This document shows, piece after piece, positions 52,500-61,141 of a DNA stretch of 64,000 bases; position 1 is the stretch's first letter, and each line of letters starts with the position of its first letter. The DNA is from Gammaproteobacteria bacterium (lineage in GTDB: Bacteria > Pseudomonadota > Gammaproteobacteria > Poriferisulfidales > Poriferisulfidaceae). The notes beneath the pieces are model-generated. The model searched no databases. It worked only from the letters and a program-made list of their open reading frames with translations, and had not been told where the DNA came from. A program made the translations under genes and the position numbers. The DNA lies in assembly GCA_028819565.1 (NCBI GenBank), contig JAPPLD010000029.1, positions 34,998-98,997 on the forward strand, written 5' to 3'.

Positions 52500-54040
52500 C
52501 CGCCCCCCCAGTGCAGGAATGCCAGCCAGCCAGCCATTGCCAACGCCGCGATTGCGACAACCGCCAGCCAGAGACGGGTGTGTTTGAGCTTGCGCCGGGA
52601 AGTTTCGAGTTTCGTTTGAAGCGCCGGCGAGGGATCCGGCGGTGGAGTAGCCGAAGGATCTCCAAGGAAATGCTCGACCATCTGCGGGAGGCGATGGCGC
52701 ACAAGCCGAACCAGCGCAAACAACCCGGTCTGCTCGCTCACCCAGCGATCCATGAAAGGCTTGGCAGTCGTCCACAGGTCGAGATCCGGATATAAGTCGC
52801 GGCCGACGCCTTCAATATTGACCAAGGTCTTCTGCAAAAGCAGCAGTTGCGGCTGCACTTCCATCTGGAAGCGGCTCGCGGTCTGAAACAGCCGCAGCAG
52901 CAGGTTCGCGAACGAAATCTCGGAAAACGGCCGTTGGAAGATCGGCTCGCATACCGTGCGGATGGCTGCCTCGAAATCCGCGACCCGGGTCCCGGGTGGC
53001 ACCCAGCCGGATTCCACGTGCAGTTCTGCCACCCGCCGGTAGTCGTTGTTGAAGAAAGCCGCGAGGTTGAACGCCAGGTAGCGCTGATCGGAAGCCGACA
53101 GCGATCCCATGATGCCGAAATCCACCGCACTGTATTTCGGCGACTCCGGGGTCTCCCGGGAGATGAAGATGTTGCCGGGATGCATGTCGGCATGGAAGAA
53201 ATTGTGGTCGAACACCTGGGTGAAGAAGATCTCCACACCCCGCTCGGCCAGGCATTTCAGGTCAACTCCGTGGCGCACCAATTCCTCGCGGTCCGAGATC
53301 TGGATCCCGTAGATGCGCTCCATGGTCATGACGTCCCGGGCGGTGTAGTCCCAGAACACTTCCGGCACATACAGAAGTTCACTATTCTCGAAGTTGCGGC
53401 GCAGTTGGCTAGCGTTGGCAGCTTCGCGCGTCAGGTCCAGCTCATCAAAGATAACGCCTTCGTATTCGGTTACCAGGTCCACCGGATGCAGGCGCCGGGA
53501 TCCCTCCCAGACTCGCTCAAGGAACCGAGCCAATCGGTACATCATCCGGATGTCGCGGCGAATCGTCTTCTCAATCCCGGGGCGCAACACCTTGACGATG
53601 ACGTCGATATCACCCAAGCGCGCCGCGTGCACCTGAGCCACCGAAGCGGAGGCGAGCGGCGTGGTGTCGAACTGGCTGAACATCTCCTGTATCGGCCGCT
53701 CCAATGACTGCTCGATGACCTTGCGCGCTACCTCCCCGTCGAATGGCGGCACCTGATCCTGAAGGAGGGCCAGTTCGTCGGCCAGATCAGTGGGAAGCAA
53801 GTCGCGCCGGGTCGACAGCATCTGCCCAAACTTGACGAAAATGGGTCCCAGATCTTCCAACGCGCGCCGAATGCGCTCCGCCTGCGGCCTGCGCAACCGG
53901 CGGAACCAGTTCCAGGGGAGCAGGTAAAGGAGCCCGCGTCCCAGCCGGAACCGGGACAGGGCGATTTCATCGAGGCCGTGGCGCAACAGCACCCACGGGA
54001 TATAAAGCGGCCGCGCGAGAATGCGCCCTTGTCCGTTCAT
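52496..54040 (-). CDS. ubiB: ubiquinone biosynthesis regulatory kinase-like protein UbiB
   Basis: 514 aa of the ABC1/UbiB family (FVKFGQMLSTRRDLLP, ASVAQVHAARL, HADMHPGNIF). It has a C-terminal TM. Confidence 0.93.
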   Translation of the reverse strand: MNGQGRILARPLYIPWVLLRHGLDEIALSRFRLGRGLLYLLPWNWFRRLRRPQAERIRRALEDLGPIFVKFGQMLSTRRDLLPTDLADELALLQDQVPPFDGEVARKVIEQSLERPIQEMFSQFDTTPLASASVAQVHAARLGDIDVIVKVLRPGIEKTIRRDIRMMYRLARFLERVWEGSRRLHPVDLVTEYEGVIFDELDLTREAANASQLRRNFENSELLYVPEVFWDYTARDVMTMERIYGIQISDREELVRHGVDLKCLAERGVEIFFTQVFDHNFFHADMHPGNIFISRETPESPKYSAVDFGIMGSLSASDQRYLAFNLAAFFNNDYRRVAELHVESGWVPPGTRVADFEAAIRTVCEPIFQRPFSEISFANLLLRLFQTASRFQMEVQPQLLLLQKTLVNIEGVGRDLYPDLDLWTTAKPFMDRWVSEQTGLFALVRLVRHRLPQMVEHFLGDPSATPPPDPSPALQTKLETSRRKLKHTRLWLAVVAIAALAMAGWLAFLHWGGG

Positions 54041-54603
54041 GACTGGATGCGGTCAATCCGCATTTCAAACCGCTCCAGGTCATCGCGCAGCCGGTCCACC
54101 TCGCGCACGAAGCGGTCGAGTTCGGAGGAGCTCGGCAGCAAGCCCGACTCCTCATGCAGGTAATCCCGGGCATTGCTCTCGGCCGCCCCGCCGAAATTCC
54201 GGGCCACCTGCCGGCATTCCTCAAGGGTCCGCATCATCAGCCGGGCCGGCACGTCACCGACGGCGCGTGACAGCAGTTCCTCCCAGTCGATGTCCAAGGC
54301 GGCCAGAAAGTCGCGCAAATCCTGTGCGATCTCGCCTTCGCCCTCCAGGTGGATTCCGTCGGCCCGGTCGCTGAGCACGTACCGGACGAAGGCCGCTAGA
54401 TGTCCACGGACCGCAAGATCCGCTTCTTCTCCCGGAGATTCCAGAGTCAATTTCCCGTCGTCGATGCGCAGTCCGATGGAAGGCAGCGGCAGGAGTTCCA
54501 GCCGAATCGTGCGCTGGCCCATTGCCTGCAGGCGCTTCTGCGACTCTTCGTCAGTGCGCAGGGCTTGGTCGACGAGGGCGGAAAGTGAAGCAAACATAGG
54601 CAT
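54037..54603 (-). CDS. ubiJ: ubiquinone biosynthesis accessory factor UbiJ (SCP2 domain)
   Basis: 188 aa. It lies directly upstream of ubiB with an overlap. It has an SCP2-like N-terminal half and a helical C-terminus. Confidence 0.75.
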   Translation of the reverse strand: MPMFASLSALVDQALRTDEESQKRLQAMGQRTIRLELLPLPSIGLRIDDGKLTLESPGEEADLAVRGHLAAFVRYVLSDRADGIHLEGEGEIAQDLRDFLAALDIDWEELLSRAVGDVPARLMMRTLEECRQVARNFGGAAESNARDYLHEESGLLPSSSELDRFVREVDRLRDDLERFEMRIDRIQS

Positions 54604-54681
54604 ACAGCCGCTCTCGGAGCGGCGGTCTCTTGTTTCAGATTATAGATTGCGAAAGAGCCGGGTCGTATAATTGTCCAAACT

Positions 54682-55461
54682 ATGTGCACGCATACGCGGC
54701 TGCTTTTTCTGGGCCTGCTGGCATCGCTCGGCGGCGCTGGCCAAGCGGCAGATTCGCCGTTCTCCTCGGGCTCGGACTCCGGGCTGCAGATCGCCGTACG
54801 ACTGATTACCGACAAAACCCCGGAGGAGCCGTCATCGGACGGCAGCATCGAGGAAGAGGACGCAGAATCTCCGGAACAGGCGGAAGAAGGTGCGCCCTCC
54901 GCACAAACTCCCGGCGTCCCGGCCTCACAGGAGGATCGCGCCGAAGATCAAGACCTTTTGGAGGGTTCAGAAGAAGGATCATCGCCTGCAGGGCAGGAAA
55001 CAGCCGGTGAAACCGAAGATTCCGGGATCGAAGACGGACTCGAAAGAGAACCGGAACTTGCGGAACAGGCGAGTATCGAAGAAGGGCAAGAGAGGGATCT
55101 TTCCCGAATCGAGGCCGTGCTGAACCGCGTTGACCAGATTCTGCTGGACGCGGGAATCCGGGCCCGCAAAGAACGGGAAGGAAGGGGCGACGGCGACGGG
55201 ACAACAGATGAAGACTTGTCGGATTGGGAGACACAGGGCGAAGGCGAAGGGGAAGCTGCGGAGGAAGAGGCCGAACGCGGCGGTGTCGCCGAGGGCCAGG
55301 TCCCCGGCGATGTCCCGACCGGCAAGACGCGTCCGACTCACGGCTACGAGAAAGACGACGACATCGTGACCCGGCAGGTCTGTGAACTGGCGGAACGAGA
55401 GGAAGATCCCGAGATCCGCAAACAGCTGGAGCAAAAATGCAAAAGCCTACGAGACAGTTAG
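54682..55461 (+). CDS. secreted hyper-acidic low-complexity protein (operon gene 1)
   Basis: 259 aa with the signal peptide MCTHTRLLFLGLLASLGGAGQA. By hand count about 69 of 259 residues are D/E, in runs such as IEEEDAESPEQAEEG and GEGEGEAAEEEAERG. Confidence 0.6.
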   Translation: MCTHTRLLFLGLLASLGGAGQAADSPFSSGSDSGLQIAVRLITDKTPEEPSSDGSIEEEDAESPEQAEEGAPSAQTPGVPASQEDRAEDQDLLEGSEEGSSPAGQETAGETEDSGIEDGLEREPELAEQASIEEGQERDLSRIEAVLNRVDQILLDAGIRARKEREGRGDGDGTTDEDLSDWETQGEGEGEAAEEEAERGGVAEGQVPGDVPTGKTRPTHGYEKDDDIVTRQVCELAEREEDPEIRKQLEQKCKSLRDS

Positions 55462-56621
55462 CCCTGCTTACTTTGCTGCTGGCCTTCGCCAGCGGATGCC
55501 AGACCAGCATGTCCGGCATCTACGGGGGCCTGTTCGAAAAGTCGCCGGAAGAGCCGGCTGTTGAGCCGGTACCGGAAGAATGGTATCTGGATGCCGGCAT
55601 TGTCCGGTTCAAGGGGGAAGTCGACAAGAAAGAAGTCGCCGAGGGAGACGTGTTCCCCCAGGTGCGGAAAGCCGAAACCCTGTACTTTCCCCAGCAGTTG
55701 CGCCAAGCGATGCTGCGCGGGGGCGGCTGGCGGCATGTGTGGGTGGTGCCGGAACGCGCCGTTCCGGATCTGCGCATCGAGGGCATGATCCTGCAATCGA
55801 ATGGCTCCGAACTGGACCTGAAAATCCTTGCCACCGACTCGACCGGCGAACAGTGGCTCGATCGCGTCTACAGCCATGAATTCAGCGAAACCGATTACGC
55901 CGGCGAGGATCGGGCCCGACCGATGGAGGCCCTATTCGACCAGATCGCAAAAGATCTCCTAGTCGAACGCGACCGCAGGGGAGTAGCGGCCATGAAGGAG
56001 ATCCGCGCCGTGGCGGAATTGCGGTTCGCGGAAGAGTTCGCGCCGCAGGCGTTCGAACGTTATGTCAAGGCAGACAAGGGCCGCACACGCCTGATTTCGT
56101 TGCCTGCCGAAGAAGACACGTTGTACCAACTGGTACTGCAAATCAAGGAGCGCGATGACCTCTTCGTCGAGACTCTGCAGCAATACTCGGAGGGTTTTTC
56201 AGAAAAGATCGATGCCTCGTACCGAGACTGGGCACGACAGAGTTTCTACGAACGCCGTGCGCATGACGAGGGGGTTGCCGCCAGCGTAACGCAGGGGCTT
56301 CTGAGCGCCTTGGCCATCATTGGCGGAGTCGTGGTGGCGGCCGACTCGGGGTCCTCCCCGGAAGCCCGCCAACTCGGCCAGGTACTGGTGGGGGCTGGCG
56401 CCTACGGTGCCTATGATGCCTACCAGGACTATGAAGCAACGGAAATCCACGAGGCCGCGCTCAAGGAGCTCGGACAGTCGCTCGACCTGGAGGTGGAGCC
56501 TCAGGTCGTGCAAGTAGAGAACCAGACACGCACGCTTACCGGGTCGGTCGAAGACCAGTACCAGCAGTGGCACGAAATCCTGAACGAGATCTACCTGTCG
56601 GAACGTGGCGCCCTGAACTGA
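55437..56621 (+). CDS. lipoprotein of unknown function (operon gene 2)
   Basis: 394 aa. The lipobox is LLAFASGC after MQKPTRQLALLTLL. It overlaps gene 1 by 25 nt. Confidence 0.6.
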   Translation: MQKPTRQLALLTLLLAFASGCQTSMSGIYGGLFEKSPEEPAVEPVPEEWYLDAGIVRFKGEVDKKEVAEGDVFPQVRKAETLYFPQQLRQAMLRGGGWRHVWVVPERAVPDLRIEGMILQSNGSELDLKILATDSTGEQWLDRVYSHEFSETDYAGEDRARPMEALFDQIAKDLLVERDRRGVAAMKEIRAVAELRFAEEFAPQAFERYVKADKGRTRLISLPAEEDTLYQLVLQIKERDDLFVETLQQYSEGFSEKIDASYRDWARQSFYERRAHDEGVAASVTQGLLSALAIIGGVVVAADSGSSPEARQLGQVLVGAGAYGAYDAYQDYEATEIHEAALKELGQSLDLEVEPQVVQVENQTRTLTGSVEDQYQQWHEILNEIYLSERGALN

Positions 56622-57346
56622 TTCCGGCCGCACTGGTGCTGGCGGCGGGACTGGCCGCAGGAACCGCCGCGGCCGAGAGCATCCAGGATCAGGCGCTTCG
56701 CGCCATGCTTGATTCGGACTGGACCCGGGCGGTCGAGTTGTGGGCAAAGGTGGACGGACAACGAGCCCGGGAATACCTTCAGCAGGCCCGGGCGGAGCTC
56801 CAGTTTCAGCGAACCCGGTCCCTACTGGACGAGGCCCGTGCAGCCCGACAGAAAGAAGACTGGGCCGCAGCCGATGCCGCCTATCTCAAGGCACTGGCCA
56901 TTTCCCCCCATTTGAAATCGGCACACCAAGGTCGAGAGCAGATCGCCCTGTATATCGAGGCATACCGGCGGCTGGACGCATTGAAGCTGCCGGAAGGTCT
57001 CTACGACAAGGTCATCCAGGCCCGGGCGAAAGAGTGGCTTGCATTTGTCCGAGAAAAACAGCTCGATGACCGGAAGATCGATAAGGCCCGTAAGGAACTT
57101 GTCGAGACATTGAAGCTGGCGCAAACCCCAGTCTCCCTGATCCTGACTTCGGACAACCGGTCCGAGGTTGAAATTTACGGGGTCGGGAAACTCGGACGGC
57201 TCGAACGCCAGACCCTGAAGTTGGTTCCGGGCGATTACATCGTCGTCGCCAACCGACCCGGGTACAGAGATGCGCGCGCGACGTTGAGAGCGCGCCCCGG
57301 TAAGGCTCTTACCCTGGACATTCGGTGCACGGAGTCGATCCGGTGA
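56567..57346 (+). CDS. periplasmic helical-repeat (TPR-like) + PEGA-domain protein (operon gene 3)
   Basis: 259 aa with a GTG start. The signal-like segment is LIPAALVLAAGLAAGTAAAES. The C-terminus VSLILTSDNRSEVEIYGVG...LKLVPGDYIVVANRPGYRD fits a PEGA domain. The start is uncertain because it implies a 55-nt overlap. Confidence 0.5.
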   Translation: MARNPERDLPVGTWRPELIPAALVLAAGLAAGTAAAESIQDQALRAMLDSDWTRAVELWAKVDGQRAREYLQQARAELQFQRTRSLLDEARAARQKEDWAAADAAYLKALAISPHLKSAHQGREQIALYIEAYRRLDALKLPEGLYDKVIQARAKEWLAFVREKQLDDRKIDKARKELVETLKLAQTPVSLILTSDNRSEVEIYGVGKLGRLERQTLKLVPGDYIVVANRPGYRDARATLRARPGKALTLDIRCTESIR

Positions 57347-59160
57347 TTCTTGAACACGAGTCGATCCGGGCTAAGCCATATCGGCCGCCCAAGCGGGAAA
57401 GGCGCCGCAAACGACCTTCAGCGCCCCGATTTCGTGGGGCGGGACTGGCGATTCTGCTCCTGGCATTGATGACGGCAGGCGCCTGGTACGCCATGGAGCA
57501 GGCACAACTCATCAGCTTCGAGACCGACCCTGCAACCGCTGCGGTGCACCTCGAGAGTCCCCACATGATGGTGAACGGGCAAGCCTTGCTCTGGCACGGA
57601 CAACATGTCGCGAATGTGGAAGCAGAAGGCCACTATCCGCGACAAATCGAATTCCAGGCGGGTGGAGATGCGTCGCGCACCGTGCAGGTCACTCTGAACC
57701 CCTTGCCGGGCAAACTCCGGGTCTCCACGACTCCTGAGACCGAGGGGGAAGTCCAGGTCGACGGCGAACGTGCCGGGAAGATCGGAGAAATACTGGAGGA
57801 TCTCTCTCCGGGTCAGCATGTCGTGCAGGTCAGCGTGGAGGGCTTCGAAATGCACCGGCAAACGGTAGAAATCGAGGGATACGGCCAACTGACCGAGATT
57901 GAGATTTCGCTCCAGAAGGTCACAGAACCTGCCTTGCTGACGATTTCCAGTACGCCCAAAGCTGCAGACATCCTGATTGATGGCACCTGGCGAGGACGGA
58001 CCCCGAAGCGGGTCACCTTGACTCCAGACACCCAAGTGGAAGTTGCCCTGTTACTTCCTGGACACACCCCGAACCGGCAGACCCTGAAGTTGAGGTCTGG
58101 CCGTCAAAGCCACACAGTGGCCCTAACGCCGCGCCTTGGCACCCTTGAACTTTGGCCGACGCCAGCCAACGCGACGGTTCGCGTCGATGGGCAGGTGGAA
58201 CTTCGGCGCCAGTTGCAGTTGACGCAGCGAGCCCATACCGTGGAGGTTTCCGCACCGGGCTATGTAACGAAGAAATACACCGTGGTGCCCCATCCAGACA
58301 CTCCGAAGCAGCTTTTCGCCGTCTTGCAGTCGCAGGCGAAGGTTGAACACTCCCGGCGCCAGAAGCATGAACGGAATCTCGGGCTGGTCTTCGTCGAGTT
58401 CCAGCCCCGCGGCTCGTTCGAACTCGCGACCACGCGCCGCCGAATCCCGGTGCGCCTGACTCGACCGTTCGCGATCATGGACAAGGAAGTCACCAACGCC
58501 CTGTACCGGCGCTACCGGGCCGAACATGACTCCGGAGAAGTGTTCGGCAAACGCTTGGACCGGCCAAGCCAGCCGGTAGTGCGGGTCAGTTGGGCAGATG
58601 CCGCACTGTTTGCGAACTGGATGAGCGAGCAGGCAGGGGTTGCGCCGTTCTACCGGGTACGCGACGGGCAAATCGTGGGATTCGACGCGCAGGCGACTGG
58701 ATACCGGATGCCGAGTGAAGCCGAATGGGTCTGGTTGACCCGTTCCGGAAAACGGTATGCTTGGGGCGACTTCATGCCGCCCCCGGACCGGTTCGGCAAT
58801 CTGGCGGACGCTTCCGCCTCCGACATCGTGCAGCCGACACTGGAGGAATACAACGACGGATATGCCGTCAGCGCCGACGTCGGAAGCTTCCCGCCTTCGG
58901 GCCAGGGGTTGTATGATTTGCCGGGCAACGTGGCGGAATGGATGCACGACGTGTTTCTCGACAAACTGCGGGTCTCGGCCCGCCCAGAGACGGAACGAGT
59001 CAATCCGCTGGGCGAGGCCAGCGGCCGGTACTACGTCATCCGGGGATTTGGCTGGCGCGACGGCGGGCGCAAGGAGTTGAGCCTGAGCAACCGCCGCTAC
59101 GACCGCGATCCCAAGGATGATGTGGGGTTCCGGCTGGCTTATTACCTGGACAAGCCATGA
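57343..59160 (+). CDS. membrane-anchored 4xPEGA + FGE-sulfatase (SUMF1-like) domain protein lacking catalytic Cys pair (operon gene 4)
   Basis: The basic N-terminus KRERRRKRPSAPRFRG is followed by the TM segment AGLAILLLALMTAGAWY and four PEGA-like repeats (e.g. LLTISSTPKAADILIDGTWRGRTP, LELWPTPANATVRVDG). FGE-sulfatase hallmarks are PVVRVSWADAALFANWMS, YRMPSEAEWVW, GNVAEWMHD, VIRGFGW and DVGFRLA. A GTGA junction lies at 57343 (alternative GTG at 57325). Confidence 0.75.
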   Translation: MILEHESIRAKPYRPPKRERRRKRPSAPRFRGAGLAILLLALMTAGAWYAMEQAQLISFETDPATAAVHLESPHMMVNGQALLWHGQHVANVEAEGHYPRQIEFQAGGDASRTVQVTLNPLPGKLRVSTTPETEGEVQVDGERAGKIGEILEDLSPGQHVVQVSVEGFEMHRQTVEIEGYGQLTEIEISLQKVTEPALLTISSTPKAADILIDGTWRGRTPKRVTLTPDTQVEVALLLPGHTPNRQTLKLRSGRQSHTVALTPRLGTLELWPTPANATVRVDGQVELRRQLQLTQRAHTVEVSAPGYVTKKYTVVPHPDTPKQLFAVLQSQAKVEHSRRQKHERNLGLVFVEFQPRGSFELATTRRRIPVRLTRPFAIMDKEVTNALYRRYRAEHDSGEVFGKRLDRPSQPVVRVSWADAALFANWMSEQAGVAPFYRVRDGQIVGFDAQATGYRMPSEAEWVWLTRSGKRYAWGDFMPPPDRFGNLADASASDIVQPTLEEYNDGYAVSADVGSFPPSGQGLYDLPGNVAEWMHDVFLDKLRVSARPETERVNPLGEASGRYYVIRGFGWRDGGRKELSLSNRRYDRDPKDDVGFRLAYYLDKP

Positions 59161-59375
59161 AACGGCTTTGGTGGGTGCCCCTGTGCGCGGCGACGGCCCT
59201 GGCGTGGGCCGAAGAGCCTCCCGCACCACAAGTGGAAGACGAGGATCGCGAAGTTCTCGAAGTCCTGACCGAAGAGGATCTCAAGCGGGAAACCCCACAG
59301 ATCACGCTCAAGCAATTGACCCCAAAAGAAACCATTTCCCTTGATCAAGCCGTGGATATGCCTAGTGACATTTAA
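59157..59375 (+). CDS. small secreted acidic protein (operon gene 5)
   Basis: 72 aa with the signal peptide MKRLWWVPLCAATALAWA. An ATGA junction overlaps gene 4. Confidence 0.5.
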   Translation: MKRLWWVPLCAATALAWAEEPPAPQVEDEDREVLEVLTEEDLKRETPQITLKQLTPKETISLDQAVDMPSDI

Positions 59376-60246
59376 ATTGAACAACCTGACCGAGCGCTGG
59401 CGCGAACACGAAGTGTTCTGGCAATTGCTGGCGTTAGCGGTGTCGTTCGTGCTGGTGCACGCGACATATGAACTGGTGGTGCGCCCAGTCGCCTACGAGG
59501 AGTTGCAACGCCAAGCCGTCGCCGAGGAACAGGCTGAAATCGCATCGCCGACGCTCGGCGCACGGATCGCCGTGGTCGTCAAGGACTACGAGCAGGAAGC
59601 CTGTTTTGTCGCCTTGTTCTGGGCACTGGCCATCATGTGGATGAAGCTAATGAAGCTGCGCTTCGCGCGAAGGCTGCTGAGCCAGCGTGGCCGACAAGAC
59701 GAGGAGAGCTTCCTGGAAACCCGGGAAACCGATTTGGTCCTGCCTCAAGCACACGACCGGGCACGTTTCACCGACGTGCGAGAGTACGTGCGAATGCAGG
59801 GCTATGGCAGTACCGTGCTCTACCGGGCTGCCGACGCCTGTCTGGACCGCTTCTTCACGACGCATTCCGTATCGGACGCCACTGCGGCCATGAAGGCCAG
59901 TTGCGAGATGGAGTCGGACCGGCAGGATACCGAACTGGCACTGGTGCGCTACCTGACCTGGGCCATTCCGTCACTTGGATTCATCGGCACGGTGCGCGGG
60001 ATCGGTGCAGCCTTGGGGCAGGCCGAAGAAGCCACGCGCGGCAACATCGGACCGGTGACGGAAAGCCTTGGTGTGGCATTCAATTCAACGTTTGTCGCCC
60101 TGCTGATCAGCCTGTTCATCATGCTGCTGCTGCACAAGCTGCAGGAAGCCCAGGAGTCGCTGGTGCTAGATGCCCAAGAGCATTGCCAGCATCACCTGCT
60201 GCGTTACCTGCGGGAGCGGACGCGGACGGATGAGCCTTCTTCTTAG
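59365..60246 (+). CDS. MotA/TolQ/ExbB-family proton-channel protein (operon gene 6)
   Basis: AIPSLGFIGTVRGIGAAL ... GPVTESLGVAFNSTFVALLISLFIMLL parallels the ExbB/TolQ signature (GLFGTVWGI ... VAPGIAEALIATAIGL). It has two N-terminal TM segments plus a cytoplasmic loop of about 100 aa. There is no in-frame ATG near the start, so it begins at GTG 59365 or TTG 59377. Confidence 0.8.
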   Translation: MTFKLNNLTERWREHEVFWQLLALAVSFVLVHATYELVVRPVAYEELQRQAVAEEQAEIASPTLGARIAVVVKDYEQEACFVALFWALAIMWMKLMKLRFARRLLSQRGRQDEESFLETRETDLVLPQAHDRARFTDVREYVRMQGYGSTVLYRAADACLDRFFTTHSVSDATAAMKASCEMESDRQDTELALVRYLTWAIPSLGFIGTVRGIGAALGQAEEATRGNIGPVTESLGVAFNSTFVALLISLFIMLLLHKLQEAQESLVLDAQEHCQHHLLRYLRERTRTDEPSS

Positions 60247-61141
60247 GATCGACAGCTACGTGCTGGCACAGCCCGACGGCACCGACTGGCGGGTCGAATG
60301 GTGCCTTGCCCATCGGGATTCAAAAGACGGTTGGCGATTCGGTAAAGATGCCGGTGAACGGCTGCAGCCCCGACGCACCGACAACGAAAACAACGAATAC
60401 CTAGAAGCACCGGAGACGGGAGAAGGCCAAGGCACGTCGAATATCGACCTTGCGTATCTGCAGTTGCGGGAATTCCTGCCGGAAGGGGAAGACCCGATTG
60501 ATCTTTCGGTGAGTGGAGGAATCGATCGGTCACGGCTTGAATGCCTGCTGGGCGTTCTGGAAGCCTTGGGCTACACACCCCGAAGCGTATTCCCGACCGC
60601 ACTGCTGGCAGCCCGGGACCTTGAGCCCGGACGCTACGGCATCGTTGAACTCGGACGCAGCCGCAGCTGGATCAGCACTGTTGATGTCCAGCCGGGTCGT
60701 GCGCGGCTGGAATCGGTCCAGGATTACGGGGATTTCGGCTTCTATCACCTCTTCACTCAATGGATGGAGAACGCGGCGGAAGCCTTCGCCGCCCAGCACC
60801 GTTTCGACATACATCGCAACCTCGCGACAAACCGTGGACAACTGTTCGAACAAATGTGCCAAGGCTTCGCCGGGAAATCCGGACAGATCCGGCTCAATCT
60901 GGATTCCCGGCCCGTAACACTGGATGAAAAGGTCTTTCAAGCCCGCTGGCCGAAGTCTTCTCCCGATACGGAGGGGTTGGATCTCCTGCTGCTGCCTCCC
61001 CTAACGCGTGAGTTGCCGCTACCGGAACAGGGGTTGGGTCTCCCTCTTTGTGTCAACCCCGCGCCCCAAGCCGCCTTCAACCTGGCCACCTCCGTGCCGG
61101 AAGACGGACAAGCCCACCGTTGCGTGGCTCTCTCCTGCTGA
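60230..61141 (+). CDS. hypothetical cytoplasmic protein (operon gene 7)
   Basis: 303 aa from the internal ATG of ORF 60170..61141. It has no signal peptide or TM. It overlaps gene 6 by 17 nt and abuts gene 8 (TGAATG). Confidence 0.45.
   Translation: MSLLLRIDSYVLAQPDGTDWRVEWCLAHRDSKDGWRFGKDAGERLQPRRTDNENNEYLEAPETGEGQGTSNIDLAYLQLREFLPEGEDPIDLSVSGGIDRSRLECLLGVLEALGYTPRSVFPTALLAARDLEPGRYGIVELGRSRSWISTVDVQPGRARLESVQDYGDFGFYHLFTQWMENAAEAFAAQHRFDIHRNLATNRGQLFEQMCQGFAGKSGQIRLNLDSRPVTLDEKVFQARWPKSSPDTEGLDLLLLPPLTRELPLPEQGLGLPLCVNPAPQAAFNLATSVPEDGQAHRCVALSC

Noticed and set aside
58123-59229. 368-aa minus-strand ORF (also 57418..58035 and 61019..61642)
   Set aside because: These are antisense to the PEGA/FGE and vWA genes, which carry recognisable domain motifs and coupled junctions on the plus strand.
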